DNA of 64,000 nt, taken from assembly GCA_031409275.1 (NCBI GenBank), contig JANNXA010000051.1, positions 192,001 through 256,000 of the forward strand, in the 5' to 3' direction. This DNA comes from Planctomycetota bacterium. Lineage in GTDB: Bacteria > Planctomycetota > B15-G4 > SIAN01. The position numbers and the translations under genes were made by a program. The notes beneath the pieces were generated by a model. That model was given only the letters and a program-made list of their open reading frames with translations. It was not told where the DNA came from and made no database searches. Shown here one piece after another: positions 23,009 to 33,300 of the stretch. Within the stretch, counting starts at the first letter, position 1. The number at the start of each line of letters is the position of its first letter.

Positions 23009-25132
23009 TTAGTAGTAGTAGCCGTCCGCGGAGCTCGACCCGGTCGCCCCGTCGTTCAGCCGCACCTGCGGATGGTGGCGGCGGATGAGCTGCGCCATCG
23101 CGAACGGGTTCTCGTAGGCCGGAACCTTCGCGCCGCCCATCTGCCGGAAGCCGAACAGCATCGGGTTGTCGATGCGACTCCACTCGCTCTTGAGCTCGCG
23201 CTCGGCCGCCTCGCGATCCTTCGCCGACATGCTGCTGAGGTCGGGCAGTTCGCGACTGCGGACCATGGCGACGTAGGCGGAGGAGTCGGCGTCATTCACC
23301 AGCACCTGCGGCAGGACCGCGCCGGCACGCAGCGCCATCAACATCGACTCGCCGTTGCCATCCGGCGAGAAGCGGTTCTGACGCAGCAGGAAGCGCTCGG
23401 CGCCGCTGAAGCGATCGTTGAAGTACCAGGTCGAGGAGACATCGCGGCGCTGCGGGGCGAGTGACTTCACCTCGAGGCCGAGCGCCTTGGCGTGTTCGGC
23501 GAAGCGGGCGGTGTAGGCCTTGCCTGCGACGGCCGCCACGTGGCGCGCGTAGGCGCGCTGATGGAACTCGCGCTGCTGCTTCTTGCCATCGGCGTCGAGC
23601 ACCTTGTCGGCCTCGACCTTCGCGACCAGCTCGTCGCGCTCCTTGGCGAAGGCGGCGAGCGTTTCGGGCGCCAGCGCCTTCTCGCCATCCGCGATCAGCA
23701 AGGCGAGGAGCTCATCGCCCTTGGCGAGCGCCTTCTCCTTCGCGTGGTCGCCGATCCACTGGGTGAGCACCTCTGCCTTCACTTCCGCGTAGGGCTTGGG
23801 CTCGGCGGGCTTGGCGGCCGCCGCGAGGCGCACCACGTAGCCCCACTTGCGATCGCCCGTCGGCAACACCGACTGCGTGCGGATGCCCGCGGTGCCGGGC
23901 GCCGACAAGCCGCGAACCATGAACTGGAGCGAGCTGTCCTTCGGCGGATCGAGCTCGGCGAGCTGCTTCATCTCGAGGTCGGAGTGGGCCGTGATGGTGA
24001 AACCGAAGCGAGCGGCCTGCTCGGCGAAGGCGGCGTTCTCCTTCGCGACGCGATCGGCGAGCGCCGCGGTCACGGCCTGCTTCGCCGCGTCGTCGGCATC
24101 GGGCTTCGCCTCTTCGACCGCCGGGAGCGCCGCGACCGCGACGTCGAACTCGGCGCGCACCTTCTCGAGCGTCGCCTTGAGCTGGCGGTCCTTCTTCATC
24201 TTGGCGCGCGCTTCCGGCGTGACGTCGGCCGCCGTCGCCGGGATCTTGGTCCGATCACCGAAGTAGCGCAGCGCGTCGCGCTTGCCGTCGGCGAGATAGT
24301 CGTCGTCGGTCAGGTCCACCGCGCTGACGAGGTCGGCGGCGACGGAGGCCGGATCCCATGCATCGGCGTCGACGAGGATGAACTCCACCGAGTAGCGCTC
24401 GCCGCGCGTGTACTTCTCCGCGACGACGTTCGCGTCGAGGCCCTTGAACCACGCCTCGAGGTCGACATCGGACGGCGGCGCGGCCGCGAGCTCGCTCTTG
24501 AACCGCTCGAAGCTGAGTTCGACGTAGTCGATCCCGACCTGGGTCGCCTTCGGCGTGTAGAGCTGCCCGAGCCGGACCGGGTCGATCACCCGCACGCCCT
24601 GCTGCGCGCGCATCACCGCTTCCACCCGGCAGAGTTCGCCGAGCCGGAACTCGAGGCGCTGCTCGGAGAGCCGGCTGCGAGCGAGCATCGCCGCGAAGTC
24701 GGTCACCGTGAGCTGGATCTGAGGATTGCGCCGCTGGACGAACTGCTTGAAGCGGGTGACGAGCTCCGTCGCGCGCTCGGTCGGCGTCACGATCCCGACC
24801 TCATCGGCGTCGGCGAGCAGCATCAAGTGCGCGTAGGTGCGGTCGCCTTCGCTCAGCGAGGAGTAGGGGTCGTAGCCCTCGACCTGCGCGAAGATCGCGG
24901 AAGCGCCGGGGAGTTCGACCGACGCGGCGGCGAGCGTCTCGTCGTCGATGTTGACCGTCTTGCCGCTGCTCGTCTGGAACGAGAGCTTCGCGCCGCCGGT
25001 CCCGCCGAAGAGCTTCGCGGCGAGCGTCGTCATCGCGCCGGTGACGTTGAAGGTGAGCAGCGAGAAGAGCGTCAGGACCAGGAAGATCCCGAGGTACTTC
25101 GCGTTGTGCTTGTGGAAGTGCTGGAAGGCCAT
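23009..25132 (-). CDS. PpiD/SurA-like membrane-anchored periplasmic chaperone (divergent)
   Basis: N-terminal F..H.K + TM anchor, long helical body, idYV.l, P.D..L..WF....Y, P.PY.EVK.EV...W segments typical of PpiD-like proteins; no clear parvulin active site. Confidence 0.6.
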   Translation of the reverse strand: MAFQHFHKHNAKYLGIFLVLTLFSLLTFNVTGAMTTLAAKLFGGTGGAKLSFQTSSGKTVNIDDETLAAASVELPGASAIFAQVEGYDPYSSLSEGDRTYAHLMLLADADEVGIVTPTERATELVTRFKQFVQRRNPQIQLTVTDFAAMLARSRLSEQRLEFRLGELCRVEAVMRAQQGVRVIDPVRLGQLYTPKATQVGIDYVELSFERFKSELAAAPPSDVDLEAWFKGLDANVVAEKYTRGERYSVEFILVDADAWDPASVAADLVSAVDLTDDDYLADGKRDALRYFGDRTKIPATAADVTPEARAKMKKDRQLKATLEKVRAEFDVAVAALPAVEEAKPDADDAAKQAVTAALADRVAKENAAFAEQAARFGFTITAHSDLEMKQLAELDPPKDSSLQFMVRGLSAPGTAGIRTQSVLPTGDRKWGYVVRLAAAAKPAEPKPYAEVKAEVLTQWIGDHAKEKALAKGDELLALLIADGEKALAPETLAAFAKERDELVAKVEADKVLDADGKKQQREFHQRAYARHVAAVAGKAYTARFAEHAKALGLEVKSLAPQRRDVSSTWYFNDRFSGAERFLLRQNRFSPDGNGESMLMALRAGAVLPQVLVNDADSSAYVAMVRSRELPDLSSMSAKDREAAERELKSEWSRIDNPMLFGFRQMGGAKVPAYENPFAMAQLIRRHHPQVRLNDGATGSSSADGYYY

Positions 25133-25198
25133 GGATCGATCTCACGCCGCGACCGCACGCCGCGGTTGCCGGGGCGTGGAGAGGCCAAAAGGGCGGGG

Positions 25199-25207
25199 AG
25201 TCTAGCA
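25199..25207 (-). promoter_or_regulatory. Extended -10 promoter (TGcTAGACT) upstream of the PpiD-like gene
   Basis: TGn-TAnnnT match about 67 nt upstream of ATG 25132. Confidence 0.4.
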
Positions 25208-25295
25208 CCCCCCGGGGGGAAGTCGCGCCCGCAGCCGGACGAGCCGCTCGGTTCGCGGCGGCGCAACGCAGGGGAACCGGGCCGCGGACGAGCGG

Positions 25296-26090
25296 TCAGG
25301 CCGCTCCCGCCGAAGTCGCCGCATCCGCGGAGGGGTCGTCGACAGCACCGTCGGAGCGCGCCTCGCTCGCCGGGCCGCCCTCGCCGTCCGCCGCGCCGTC
25401 GCTGGCGATCGACTCCGCCGTTCCGGCCGCACCCTCATCTGCGAGCGCCTCGTCCGCGACCGCCTCGTCGACGACGACGCCGTCGACTTCCGCCGCTGGT
25501 TCGTCGCTGGTCGCCAGAGGTTCCGGCAACTTCGGCGGCGCGCGCCCGGGGAAGACCGTCGGCAGGTCTTCGAGGCTCGCGAGCCCGAAGTGGTCGAGGA
25601 ACTTCTTGGTGGTGCCGTACTGGAGCGGCCGCCCGACGACTTCGGCGCGACCGACCATCTTCACGAGGCGCCGCTCTTGCAGGAGCTTCAACACCGGCCC
25701 GACCTGGACCCCGCGCACCGCCTCGATCTCCGCGCGCGTGGCCGGCTGCCGATAGGCGACGATGGCCAGCGTCTCGAGCGCCGCGGACGAAAGACGCTCC
25801 TTCTCGGACCGACTGAAGAGCCGCGACAGGAACGGCGCGTACTCGGGCCGCGTCACCAGTCGCCAGCCGCCGGCAATCTCGACCAGCATCAGCGGTGAGC
25901 GCTTCGTCTCGTAGCTGCGCTGCAGCGCCTCGATCGCCGCGCTGACACGCTCGACCTTCAGGTGTCCGATCGCGCGCGCCATCCGCTGCGCCGACAACGA
26001 TTCGTGCGCCGCGAAGAGCATCGATTCGAGGATCGGCAGGAGATCGTCCGCATCCTCGGGCAGCGGAGTCGGTGCGTCAGCGTCGCTCAT
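25296..26090 (-). CDS. scpB: SMC-Scp complex subunit ScpB with acidic C-terminal tail
   Basis: LESMLFAA, EIAGGW.L.T, LS.AALETLAIVAYRQP.TRAEIE.VRGV, GRP..YGTT..FL..FGL.SL.DLP. Confidence 0.96.
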   Translation of the reverse strand: MSDADAPTPLPEDADDLLPILESMLFAAHESLSAQRMARAIGHLKVERVSAAIEALQRSYETKRSPLMLVEIAGGWRLVTRPEYAPFLSRLFSRSEKERLSSAALETLAIVAYRQPATRAEIEAVRGVQVGPVLKLLQERRLVKMVGRAEVVGRPLQYGTTKKFLDHFGLASLEDLPTVFPGRAPPKLPEPLATSDEPAAEVDGVVVDEAVADEALADEGAAGTAESIASDGAADGEGGPASEARSDGAVDDPSADAATSAGAA

Positions 26091-27075
26091 CGTTCGATTC
26101 CAGTCCGTGGAAGCGGATCTCGTGGCGGCCTTCCATCAGGCGCATCCACGCTTCGAGTTCAGTCGGCGCCAAAGCGCGCCCATCCAGCAGCTGTTCGATC
26201 GCCGCCGTGCGCGCCGAAAGGTCGCCGCCATCCGGCGGAAGTCGGGCGAGCAACTGCACGATCCGCCAGCGCGTGCCGTCCGCCGTCGCGATCTCCTGCA
26301 CCGGCGAGCACTGGCCGAGCTCGAGCCCTTCGGTCTGCTCGAAGAGCGGCGATGGCAAGTCGCTCGGCAGCGGCGGGTAGAGCCCCCCCTCGCGAGCGCT
26401 CGCGTCCTCCGAGTGCTGCCGTGCGAGGGCGGCGAAGTCCGCGCCCTGACCGAGCTTGCGCAGGAGTTCGTCGGCGAGAGCGCGATCCTTCACGCGCAGC
26501 AGCCTCAGTTGCACGCGCGGATGCTGGGCGAGTTCGTGCAGCACCACTCGTTCGAGCAGCAGCGAGCGCTCCAGCGTCGCGCGCGCGACCGCGGCGTAGG
26601 CCTCGCGATCGATCCCCCAGGTCGCCAGCACGTGGGCCGCGAGGTCGCGCTTCCCTTTCGACGCCTCGGCGATCCGCCGCTCCTGCTCCGCCAGCAGCCT
26701 CACCAGTTCGCGATCGACGACCGCCGTCGGCACCGCAATGCCGATCGCCGCGGCTTCGGCGGCCGCAAGACGATCGAGCACCAGCTGCCGAACGGCGTTG
26801 TTCGCCTCATCCGGCGCCGAAAGCAGCAGCAGCCGGAACGCGGATCCGGCATCGATCGCGACGCCGTCGACCGCGGCAACCGAGGCGAGTCTGGCGTCCG
26901 GGGTCGCCGCCGTCACCGCAACGCGCGGCGGCGCAGCCGCAGGCTCGGTCGGCGGCGCGTCGCCCGGGGAGGGGGTCTGCGCGCATGCGGCGACGAGCGC
27001 CGCGGCCGCCAGCCCGCCACCCCGACTGCGATACGAACGCCAACGCCCCACCACGTCGTCTCCCGTGCCCGTCAT
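26077..27075 (-). CDS. Parvulin (PpiC-type) peptidyl-prolyl isomerase / foldase lipoprotein
   Basis: ALVAA-C lipobox, SurA-like helical region, GADFAALARQHSED.SA..GG, L..G..SP; start uncertain (27075-27093 or a later GTG). Confidence 0.8.
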   Translation of the reverse strand: MTGTGDDVVGRWRSYRSRGGGLAAAALVAACAQTPSPGDAPPTEPAAAPPRVAVTAATPDARLASVAAVDGVAIDAGSAFRLLLLSAPDEANNAVRQLVLDRLAAAEAAAIGIAVPTAVVDRELVRLLAEQERRIAEASKGKRDLAAHVLATWGIDREAYAAVARATLERSLLLERVVLHELAQHPRVQLRLLRVKDRALADELLRKLGQGADFAALARQHSEDASAREGGLYPPLPSDLPSPLFEQTEGLELGQCSPVQEIATADGTRWRIVQLLARLPPDGGDLSARTAAIEQLLDGRALAPTELEAWMRLMEGRHEIRFHGLESNDERR

Positions 27076-27139
27076 GTTCAAGCGGAGGCGCACACTACCC
27101 GCAGCGCGCCGCCGCGACGGTGGAGGGCGCGGTGGACCG

Positions 27140-28648
27140 TCAGTGGAATCGCAGGAGCCGATCGATGCCCAGGCTCTTGCAGCGCGAGCACGGGATCATC
27201 TTGTCCTCGCCCCCGCGCTCGAAGTAGCGGATGACGCCGGTACCGACGCACTGCACGCAGGCGCGCGCCTCGACCTTCATCACCTTGACGGCCGCGTCGT
27301 GGTCGGCCCACCACGCGAGCAGGTACTGGATGCGCTCGTCGGTGCTGGTCGCGGTCCACCACTCGTCGTCGGTGGGCGGAACATCGGCGATCTCCGGCCC
27401 GCGCTTCTCCGGCTTCTTCTTGTTGCCCTTGTTCTTGGCCGCCTCCTCCTGCTCCTTGCGCTTGGCCTCGAGGATCTTCTTGATGCGGTCGAGGTAGTCG
27501 GCGCCGCTCGCGCTGTCGTCGCCCGCGTTCGGATCGGCCTTCTTCGCAGTGGGATCCTCGGCCACGAGCCCCTTCTGGATCGCCTCGATCGAGCCGAGCG
27601 TGAAGGTGCCGGCGCCGTAGTTGGCGTAGTGCGGCGAGCCGGTCATGCGCTCCGGATCCTGCCATTGGGCGAGGACCTCCTTCGCATCGACGCCGAGCTG
27701 CTTGGCGGTCGCCTCCGCGGCGAGGTTGCTGCCCTCGAGCTCGATGCGCTGGCGCGCCTGCTTGAGACCGATCCCCGCCTCGGTCGCGATCTGGCGCGCG
27801 ACGCGCTCGGCGTGGACGAAGAAGTGGACGATCGTCTCCTGCTTCAGCCACTTCTCGCGCTGCTTGGCGATGACGCGCCGCGACTTCTCGAACTCGGCGC
27901 GCAGACCCGATCCCGGCTTCTTGGTGAGGAAGGCGTCGATCAGCGTGAGCGCCGCGTCATAGCGCTCGCGCTGTGCGAAGCGTTGCGCCTTGGCGAGCTC
28001 GCCGGAATCCTCGCTCGACTCGAGGCGCAACGTCGCCCGCTTGCTCTTGCCTTCGATGATGTCCGCCTTGAAATCCGGTTCAAGCTCGCTGACCCGCGCG
28101 AGGTGCTCCTTGGTGCGCGCCCAGAGCTGCAGGCTCTCGCAGAAGAGCGCGAGGTTGTAGTGGTCGAGCGCGCTCTGCGGGTTCTTCGCCGCGAGCTCCT
28201 GCGCGTAGAGCGCCTCGCCGTCGTAGACATCGAGCGCGTCGACCTGCACCGGCGTGATCGAGCGCACGTTGCTGCGGTTGAACTCCCAGGTCTGCACCCG
28301 TTGGCGCAGCTTGAAGGTCTGGGTGCCCTGCTCGACGATGATCCCGGTGTACTCCTGCCCGCCGACGAGGCGCACCTGCATCGCCTCGACCAGCACCGTC
28401 TCGGGCTCATCAGGCAGGTAGCCGCGCGAGGCTCGCAGGCGCCGCGCATCCTCCGGCGCCATCTGATCGAACGCGAGATCGAGCAGCGCCCCGTCGTCGA
28501 CGCGGCGCGCCTTCACGCCTTTCGCCTCGTCGAACTCGAGGACCTCGATCACCACCTCGGTGCCGACCTTGAGTCGCACCACCTCGGGCCCGCCATCCCG
28601 CGCCAGCAGCGCGACGCTCGCCAGTACGATCGAAACGAAGCTCGTCAT
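27140..28648 (-). CDS. Exported protein with SHD1-like/beta domains, TPR helices and a C-terminal CxxCxGxG..CxxC knuckle
   Basis: Signal-like N-terminus; DGALLDLAFDQMAPED; HYNLALFC...L.....H....ELEPD; CVQCVGTG...CSRCKSLG. Confidence 0.75.
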   Translation of the reverse strand: MTSFVSIVLASVALLARDGGPEVVRLKVGTEVVIEVLEFDEAKGVKARRVDDGALLDLAFDQMAPEDARRLRASRGYLPDEPETVLVEAMQVRLVGGQEYTGIIVEQGTQTFKLRQRVQTWEFNRSNVRSITPVQVDALDVYDGEALYAQELAAKNPQSALDHYNLALFCESLQLWARTKEHLARVSELEPDFKADIIEGKSKRATLRLESSEDSGELAKAQRFAQRERYDAALTLIDAFLTKKPGSGLRAEFEKSRRVIAKQREKWLKQETIVHFFVHAERVARQIATEAGIGLKQARQRIELEGSNLAAEATAKQLGVDAKEVLAQWQDPERMTGSPHYANYGAGTFTLGSIEAIQKGLVAEDPTAKKADPNAGDDSASGADYLDRIKKILEAKRKEQEEAAKNKGNKKKPEKRGPEIADVPPTDDEWWTATSTDERIQYLLAWWADHDAAVKVMKVEARACVQCVGTGVIRYFERGGEDKMIPCSRCKSLGIDRLLRFH

Positions 28649-28702
28649 CGGCAGCTCCTCGACTCAGTTGCACCGTGGATTGCGATCATTCCTTCGACCT
28701 CG

Positions 28703-29161
28703 TCACTTCATCGACCAGAGGCGCGCGGCATCGACCTTCGCCGAGCGCAATCGCGGCAGCACCCGCTCCAACTTCTGGGTGCGCACTCTGCCGCCTTGTT
28801 TCCAGCTCACTTCGACGACCAGGAGGAAGAGCCCCCCTCCCGGCGCGGCGCGAACGTTCCATCGATAGCTCAGTTCGGGGCGCCCGGGCACCGGCTGCGG
28901 CGCGGCAAGCTCCGGCAGCGCGCCGTTTCCGTCGGGCGCCTGCTCGGCGAGCTCCCGCGCCGCGAGCAGCAGGACCTCCTCGGCCGCATCGGCGGCGAGC
29001 GCCATCGACTGCGAATCCTGGTGCAGGCGCGTACCGGTCGACAGCAGTGCCAGCACGCTGACGATGCCGACCAGGAAGATCGTCAGCGCCGCCATCACCT
29101 CGAGCAAGGTGAAGCCGGCGGCGGAGCGGCGGCGGCAAGAGACGCTCGCTGGCGCGCTCAT
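28703..29161 (-). CDS. Minor (pseudo)pilin, GspI/PilV-like
   Basis: RRRSAAG|FTLLEVMAAL class III signal peptide; ~150 aa with YRW.V and VEVSW strands. Confidence 0.85.
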   Translation of the reverse strand: MSAPASVSCRRRSAAGFTLLEVMAALTIFLVGIVSVLALLSTGTRLHQDSQSMALAADAAEEVLLLAARELAEQAPDGNGALPELAAPQPVPGRPELSYRWNVRAAPGGGLFLLVVEVSWKQGGRVRTQKLERVLPRLRSAKVDAARLWSMK

Positions 29162-30390
29162 CGGCGCTCTCCGCGATCGTCGCGCGGCATCAGGTCCCCG
29201 CGACCACACGACAGCGCGATCGTCCGCTCGAAGCGTCGCCCGGTCAGCACCTTGGTGCCCGCGAGGTGGATGCTCGGCGCGGTGCCGTAGAGCCCGCGGC
29301 GCGTCAGCAGCAACGTGCTGCCGTCGCTTTCCGCGACCTCGACCCACTCCTGCCCGAGCTTCAGGACGCGCGCGTCGGTCCCGAGCTTCTTCAGGTAGCG
29401 CCCGTTTTGAACGTCGACGCGCAACGTGCCCGTCGACGCCGGCACGTCGCTGGCGAGCTCCGCCGAAGGCGACTCGCCGGGTGGCGGCGCCACCACCAGC
29501 GTGATGCGCACCGCACTCGGGAAGACGTCGTCATCGGCCAGAGCGCGCGACGTCGGCCCGCGCCCGTGCCGGAATCCGCTGAAGCCCTCGCCCGCCGGAA
29601 GCAATCCGCGCGTCGAATCCCACAGCGCGAGCGGTCCGCCCGCATCCGGCCCTGCCGCGAGGTCGCGGACGGTGTCGTCGATGAAGGCCAACGAGAAGAG
29701 CAGCACGTTCTCGGCGAGCGGCTCGAGCGGCGCGCGCGCCAGCCCGCCATCGTCGGCCAACGCCTGCGCGAAGAGCGAGTCGGGCCCGCCCGGCGGCGAC
29801 ATCAGGGCACGCCACAAGACCATGCGCCCTTCGTAGCCGGGACGCGGATCGGGCTGCGGAACGAGCGCCTCTTCGACCAGCCCTTCGGTGGCGAAGAAGC
29901 GCGCGTCGGGCGAGTCGATGGAGCCGACGTAGGGAACGGCGCCCGCCACGCCCGGCACCCGATCGTCAGCGGCGTTGCCGCCATTGGCGATGTCGATGCC
30001 CGCGCGACGCAACTGCGGGTGGGCGCGCTCCTCGACGAGCTGGCGAACGAAGACGAGCCGCTGCGCCTGGAAGTCGCGCGTCGAGTCGCCATCGGCGTCG
30101 AGCGTGATCATGTCGCAATAGAACTTCACCCGCGGCTCACCGTCGCCGCCGTCGACCGACGCGGCGTGGCGCAGTTCGTTGCCGAGCCGATCGAGCAGCG
30201 CCGCCGCCTGCTCGCTCTCGTCGCGGCCGCGCTCGCCGTTGTTCCACAAGTCGAGCCCGCCGCCGAGCACTTGCAGCACCATCCCGGCCAGGCCGAGGAA
30301 GATCGCCATCGCGGCGAGCAGCTCGACGAGCGTGAGGCCGGCCGCGCGACGCCGCGCCGAGCGTGAGGAACATGAGGAGCGCGGCGCCAT
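29158..30390 (-). CDS. Minor (pseudo)pilin, GspJ/PilW-like, with inserted beta module
   Basis: RRRAAG|LTLVELLAAMAIF; L...LR.A; LAENVL.F, P.AVRITL and RFERTI.L typical of GspJ. Confidence 0.85.
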   Translation of the reverse strand: MAPRSSCSSRSARRRAAGLTLVELLAAMAIFLGLAGMVLQVLGGGLDLWNNGERGRDESEQAAALLDRLGNELRHAASVDGGDGEPRVKFYCDMITLDADGDSTRDFQAQRLVFVRQLVEERAHPQLRRAGIDIANGGNAADDRVPGVAGAVPYVGSIDSPDARFFATEGLVEEALVPQPDPRPGYEGRMVLWRALMSPPGGPDSLFAQALADDGGLARAPLEPLAENVLLFSLAFIDDTVRDLAAGPDAGGPLALWDSTRGLLPAGEGFSGFRHGRGPTSRALADDDVFPSAVRITLVVAPPPGESPSAELASDVPASTGTLRVDVQNGRYLKKLGTDARVLKLGQEWVEVAESDGSTLLLTRRGLYGTAPSIHLAGTKVLTGRRFERTIALSCGRGDLMPRDDRGERR

Positions 30391-33300
30391 CAGCGCGACT
30401 CCTCATGCCGAAGCACGACGCGGTCGGCGAGGTACTCGACGGCGACTGCCTCGAGCAACGGCGCGCGCTTCCACGAGTTGCGCGCGAACTCGACCGGATC
30501 GAATGCCCCCTCGCGGTAGTCGACGTTGAAGCGGACGCGCAACAGGTCGCCCTGCCGATCGAGGAGGTTGGGTTTCTCGCGCGTTCCGGGCGAATCGAAG
30601 ACGAAGAGGTCGGGGTCGAGCGCCGGGTCGCCAGCGAAGTTGCCGCGTCCCTGCACGCGTACGGTGGCGATGAGGCGGGCGAGCGGATCGCCCTTCGACT
30701 CGCTCCAGGTCAGCGCGTGGTAGAGGCCGCGTCGCGCGGCCACCTGCAGCTCGAGCGTCGCGAGTTCGGGGATCTCGCAACGATCCTGGTAGCCGTCGGC
30801 GTAGCGGTAGGGCCAGAAGAAGACGACGCTGTCGGCCGCATGCGTCATCACCGGGGTGCCGTAGCGACCGCGGAAGGCCGCATCGCCCGTCGTGCGCGAG
30901 CTCCTGCCCGTGGGATCGTCGAGGTAGGTCGGCACGTAGAGCGACGCCGGCCCGCCGTTGCCGGCGCGGCCCGAGTAGGCGAGCACTTCCTGGTCGATCA
31001 TCACGCAGCCGTGCGGCGGAAAGCCGGCCGGATCGGTCAGCGCGATCTGCTCGTCGCTGGTCGACATGCCGCCAGCGAGGCGCGTCATCACCAGCCACGG
31101 CAGGACGTAGCCCGTCTCGCCCGGGCCGTGGTAACCCGTGTCTCCGCCGAAGCGCAGGCGGCCATCGGCGGCGATCTGCTGCACCACCGGCTGCCCGAGG
31201 TTGCGCTCGCCGCCGATGATGAACTCGTCGCCGAACTGCCAGACGCAGGCGTCCTGATGCAGCGAAACGGTCGCGCCGATCTGGCCGAACTGATCATGCG
31301 GGAAGCGCAGCAGGTCATCGGCGATCTCGAAGCGATCCGATTCGGTCGCGGCGATCTCGCGATTCAAGACGTGCATGCCGTGGGCGAAGATCGGCTGCGG
31401 ATCCTCGGCGGCGAAGATCCGGACCTCATCGACCTTCGCGCCGTCCCCGCCGCCGCCTCCGCCACCGGCGCTGCCGCCGACGGTCAGTTCGCTCGCCCCG
31501 TCCCAACGGCTCGGCAGCTCGCCCGACGGAAACTTCAGGATGCGCGCGAAGTTGCGCGAGTCGGAAGAGAAGGTGAGGTTCGCGACGATGTTGGTCGCGT
31601 TCGTGTTGGCGATGCCGAGACTCGGCGGGACCACGAAGCGCGTCGCGGCCGACTCGGCCAACAGCGCGACGTGGCATTCGCCCGCCCAGTCCTCCGCGCT
31701 GTCCTGCGACCACGCGTAGTTCAGGAAGTGGCGCTCGGGGCGCTCGTTGAAGGCGCCGACGATCGTGATCTCGTCGTAGCGACCGGGTTTCGGTCCGCTG
31801 CGGGCCACGCGGAAGACGGGGTAGACGCTCTCACCGCTGCCGTGCTTCTTGTCCTTCGCGCCGGTGTCGAGCACGCCGCGAAACGCGAGCGCGTGCGGAG
31901 GCGAGTTGCCAAGGCGCATGTCGGGATCGCCGCCGAGGAGGTTCTCCTGATTCAGCGCCTCGACGAAGTCGTCGTAGGCGGACTGTCCCAACTTGAAGTT
32001 GCCGGGGCTCGCGGCGATGGCGTAGAGGTAGTCGGTGGTGTTGAGGCTGGGGTCCCACGTGTCGGAGCGGCCGCTCGGACGGTTGAAGCCGCACGCGACC
32101 TGCTCGGCGGCGAAGAGGCGCTTCGCATCGGAGCGCAGCAGGTTCATCGCACCATTCTGGTCCTGCACGATCGAGTCGTAGCGGATCCACTCGGTCGGAT
32201 CGAAGACGCCGTCGCCGCTGGGCGACCCGATCTGCGCCATCTCGCAGCGGTCCTCGGCGCCGGTGACCTGTTCCGGCACGAGCAGCGCCGTCTTCACGTT
32301 GCCGGTGACGACGACGCTGAGCGGAACCACCAGCGTGGTGAACTCGGCGGGAACGTAGTCGGCGAAGACGCGCTTGTTGGGGGCGACCACGAACGCGTGG
32401 CGCTCGCAGAAGTGGAAGACGGTGTTGGTGTTCGGCGCTGCGGTCGCCGAGAACTCACCGAGGTCGGTGTTCGCGAGCTCCGCGGCCACCACTTGCCCGC
32501 GCCGGACGTTGGTCAGCTGAGTGCCGTCGAAACCGCCGTAGTGGATGATCTCCACGCCGTTGACCCAACTCTTGGTCGTGGTCTTGAACGAGTCGAGCTG
32601 GCCGGCCTGGTTGTTCTGGTCGTCGCGCGGGGTGAGCGTGCCGAAGTAGTAGCCGATCAGCGCCGCGTAGCCGCCCCCCTTCGAGAGCGGTCCATCGGCG
32701 GGCAGCTTGCCGCCGTCGAGCGCGCTGACGCCGATGGCGTTGACGTCCGCGTCGAAGCCGCGGCCGAGGTTGATCGGCTGCGGTGGACCGCCACCGCCGC
32801 CGCCACGCTGCTGCACGTCCATCTCGATCTGGACCTGCGCCATGCTGGAGGCGACTTTGGCTACGCCCCACGCGGGCAACCCGTCGGCGCCCAGCGTCGC
32901 GCTGCCCGCGGGCACATCGGTGACGAGGCGCGCGGAGTAGCCGTAGAGCTCGACTCCTTCGCTGCTCGGATGGCTGACCCCGGTGGCGCCACCGCCGCCC
33001 GATCCCGACTGCTGCTGCAGCGAGAGCGCCGGTCGCAATCCGCCGAAGTGGTTCTTGTCATCACGCGACACGGTGAAGGTCGAGCCGCTCACCGCGCTGT
33101 ACTCGACCACCTCGTTGCCGACCCGCACCGCGCCGCGCGGCGGGAACTTCGCCGTGCCGTCGGCCAGTCGCTTGACGTCGACAGGGATGCGCGCGGTCCC
33201 TTGCGTCGAAGCGGTGAAGCTGCCGGAGAGGCGCGTGTAGTGCGACCACTTGCCGCGCGGCTTGCCATCGACGAAGAGCGCCATCTGGCCGGCGCGATTG

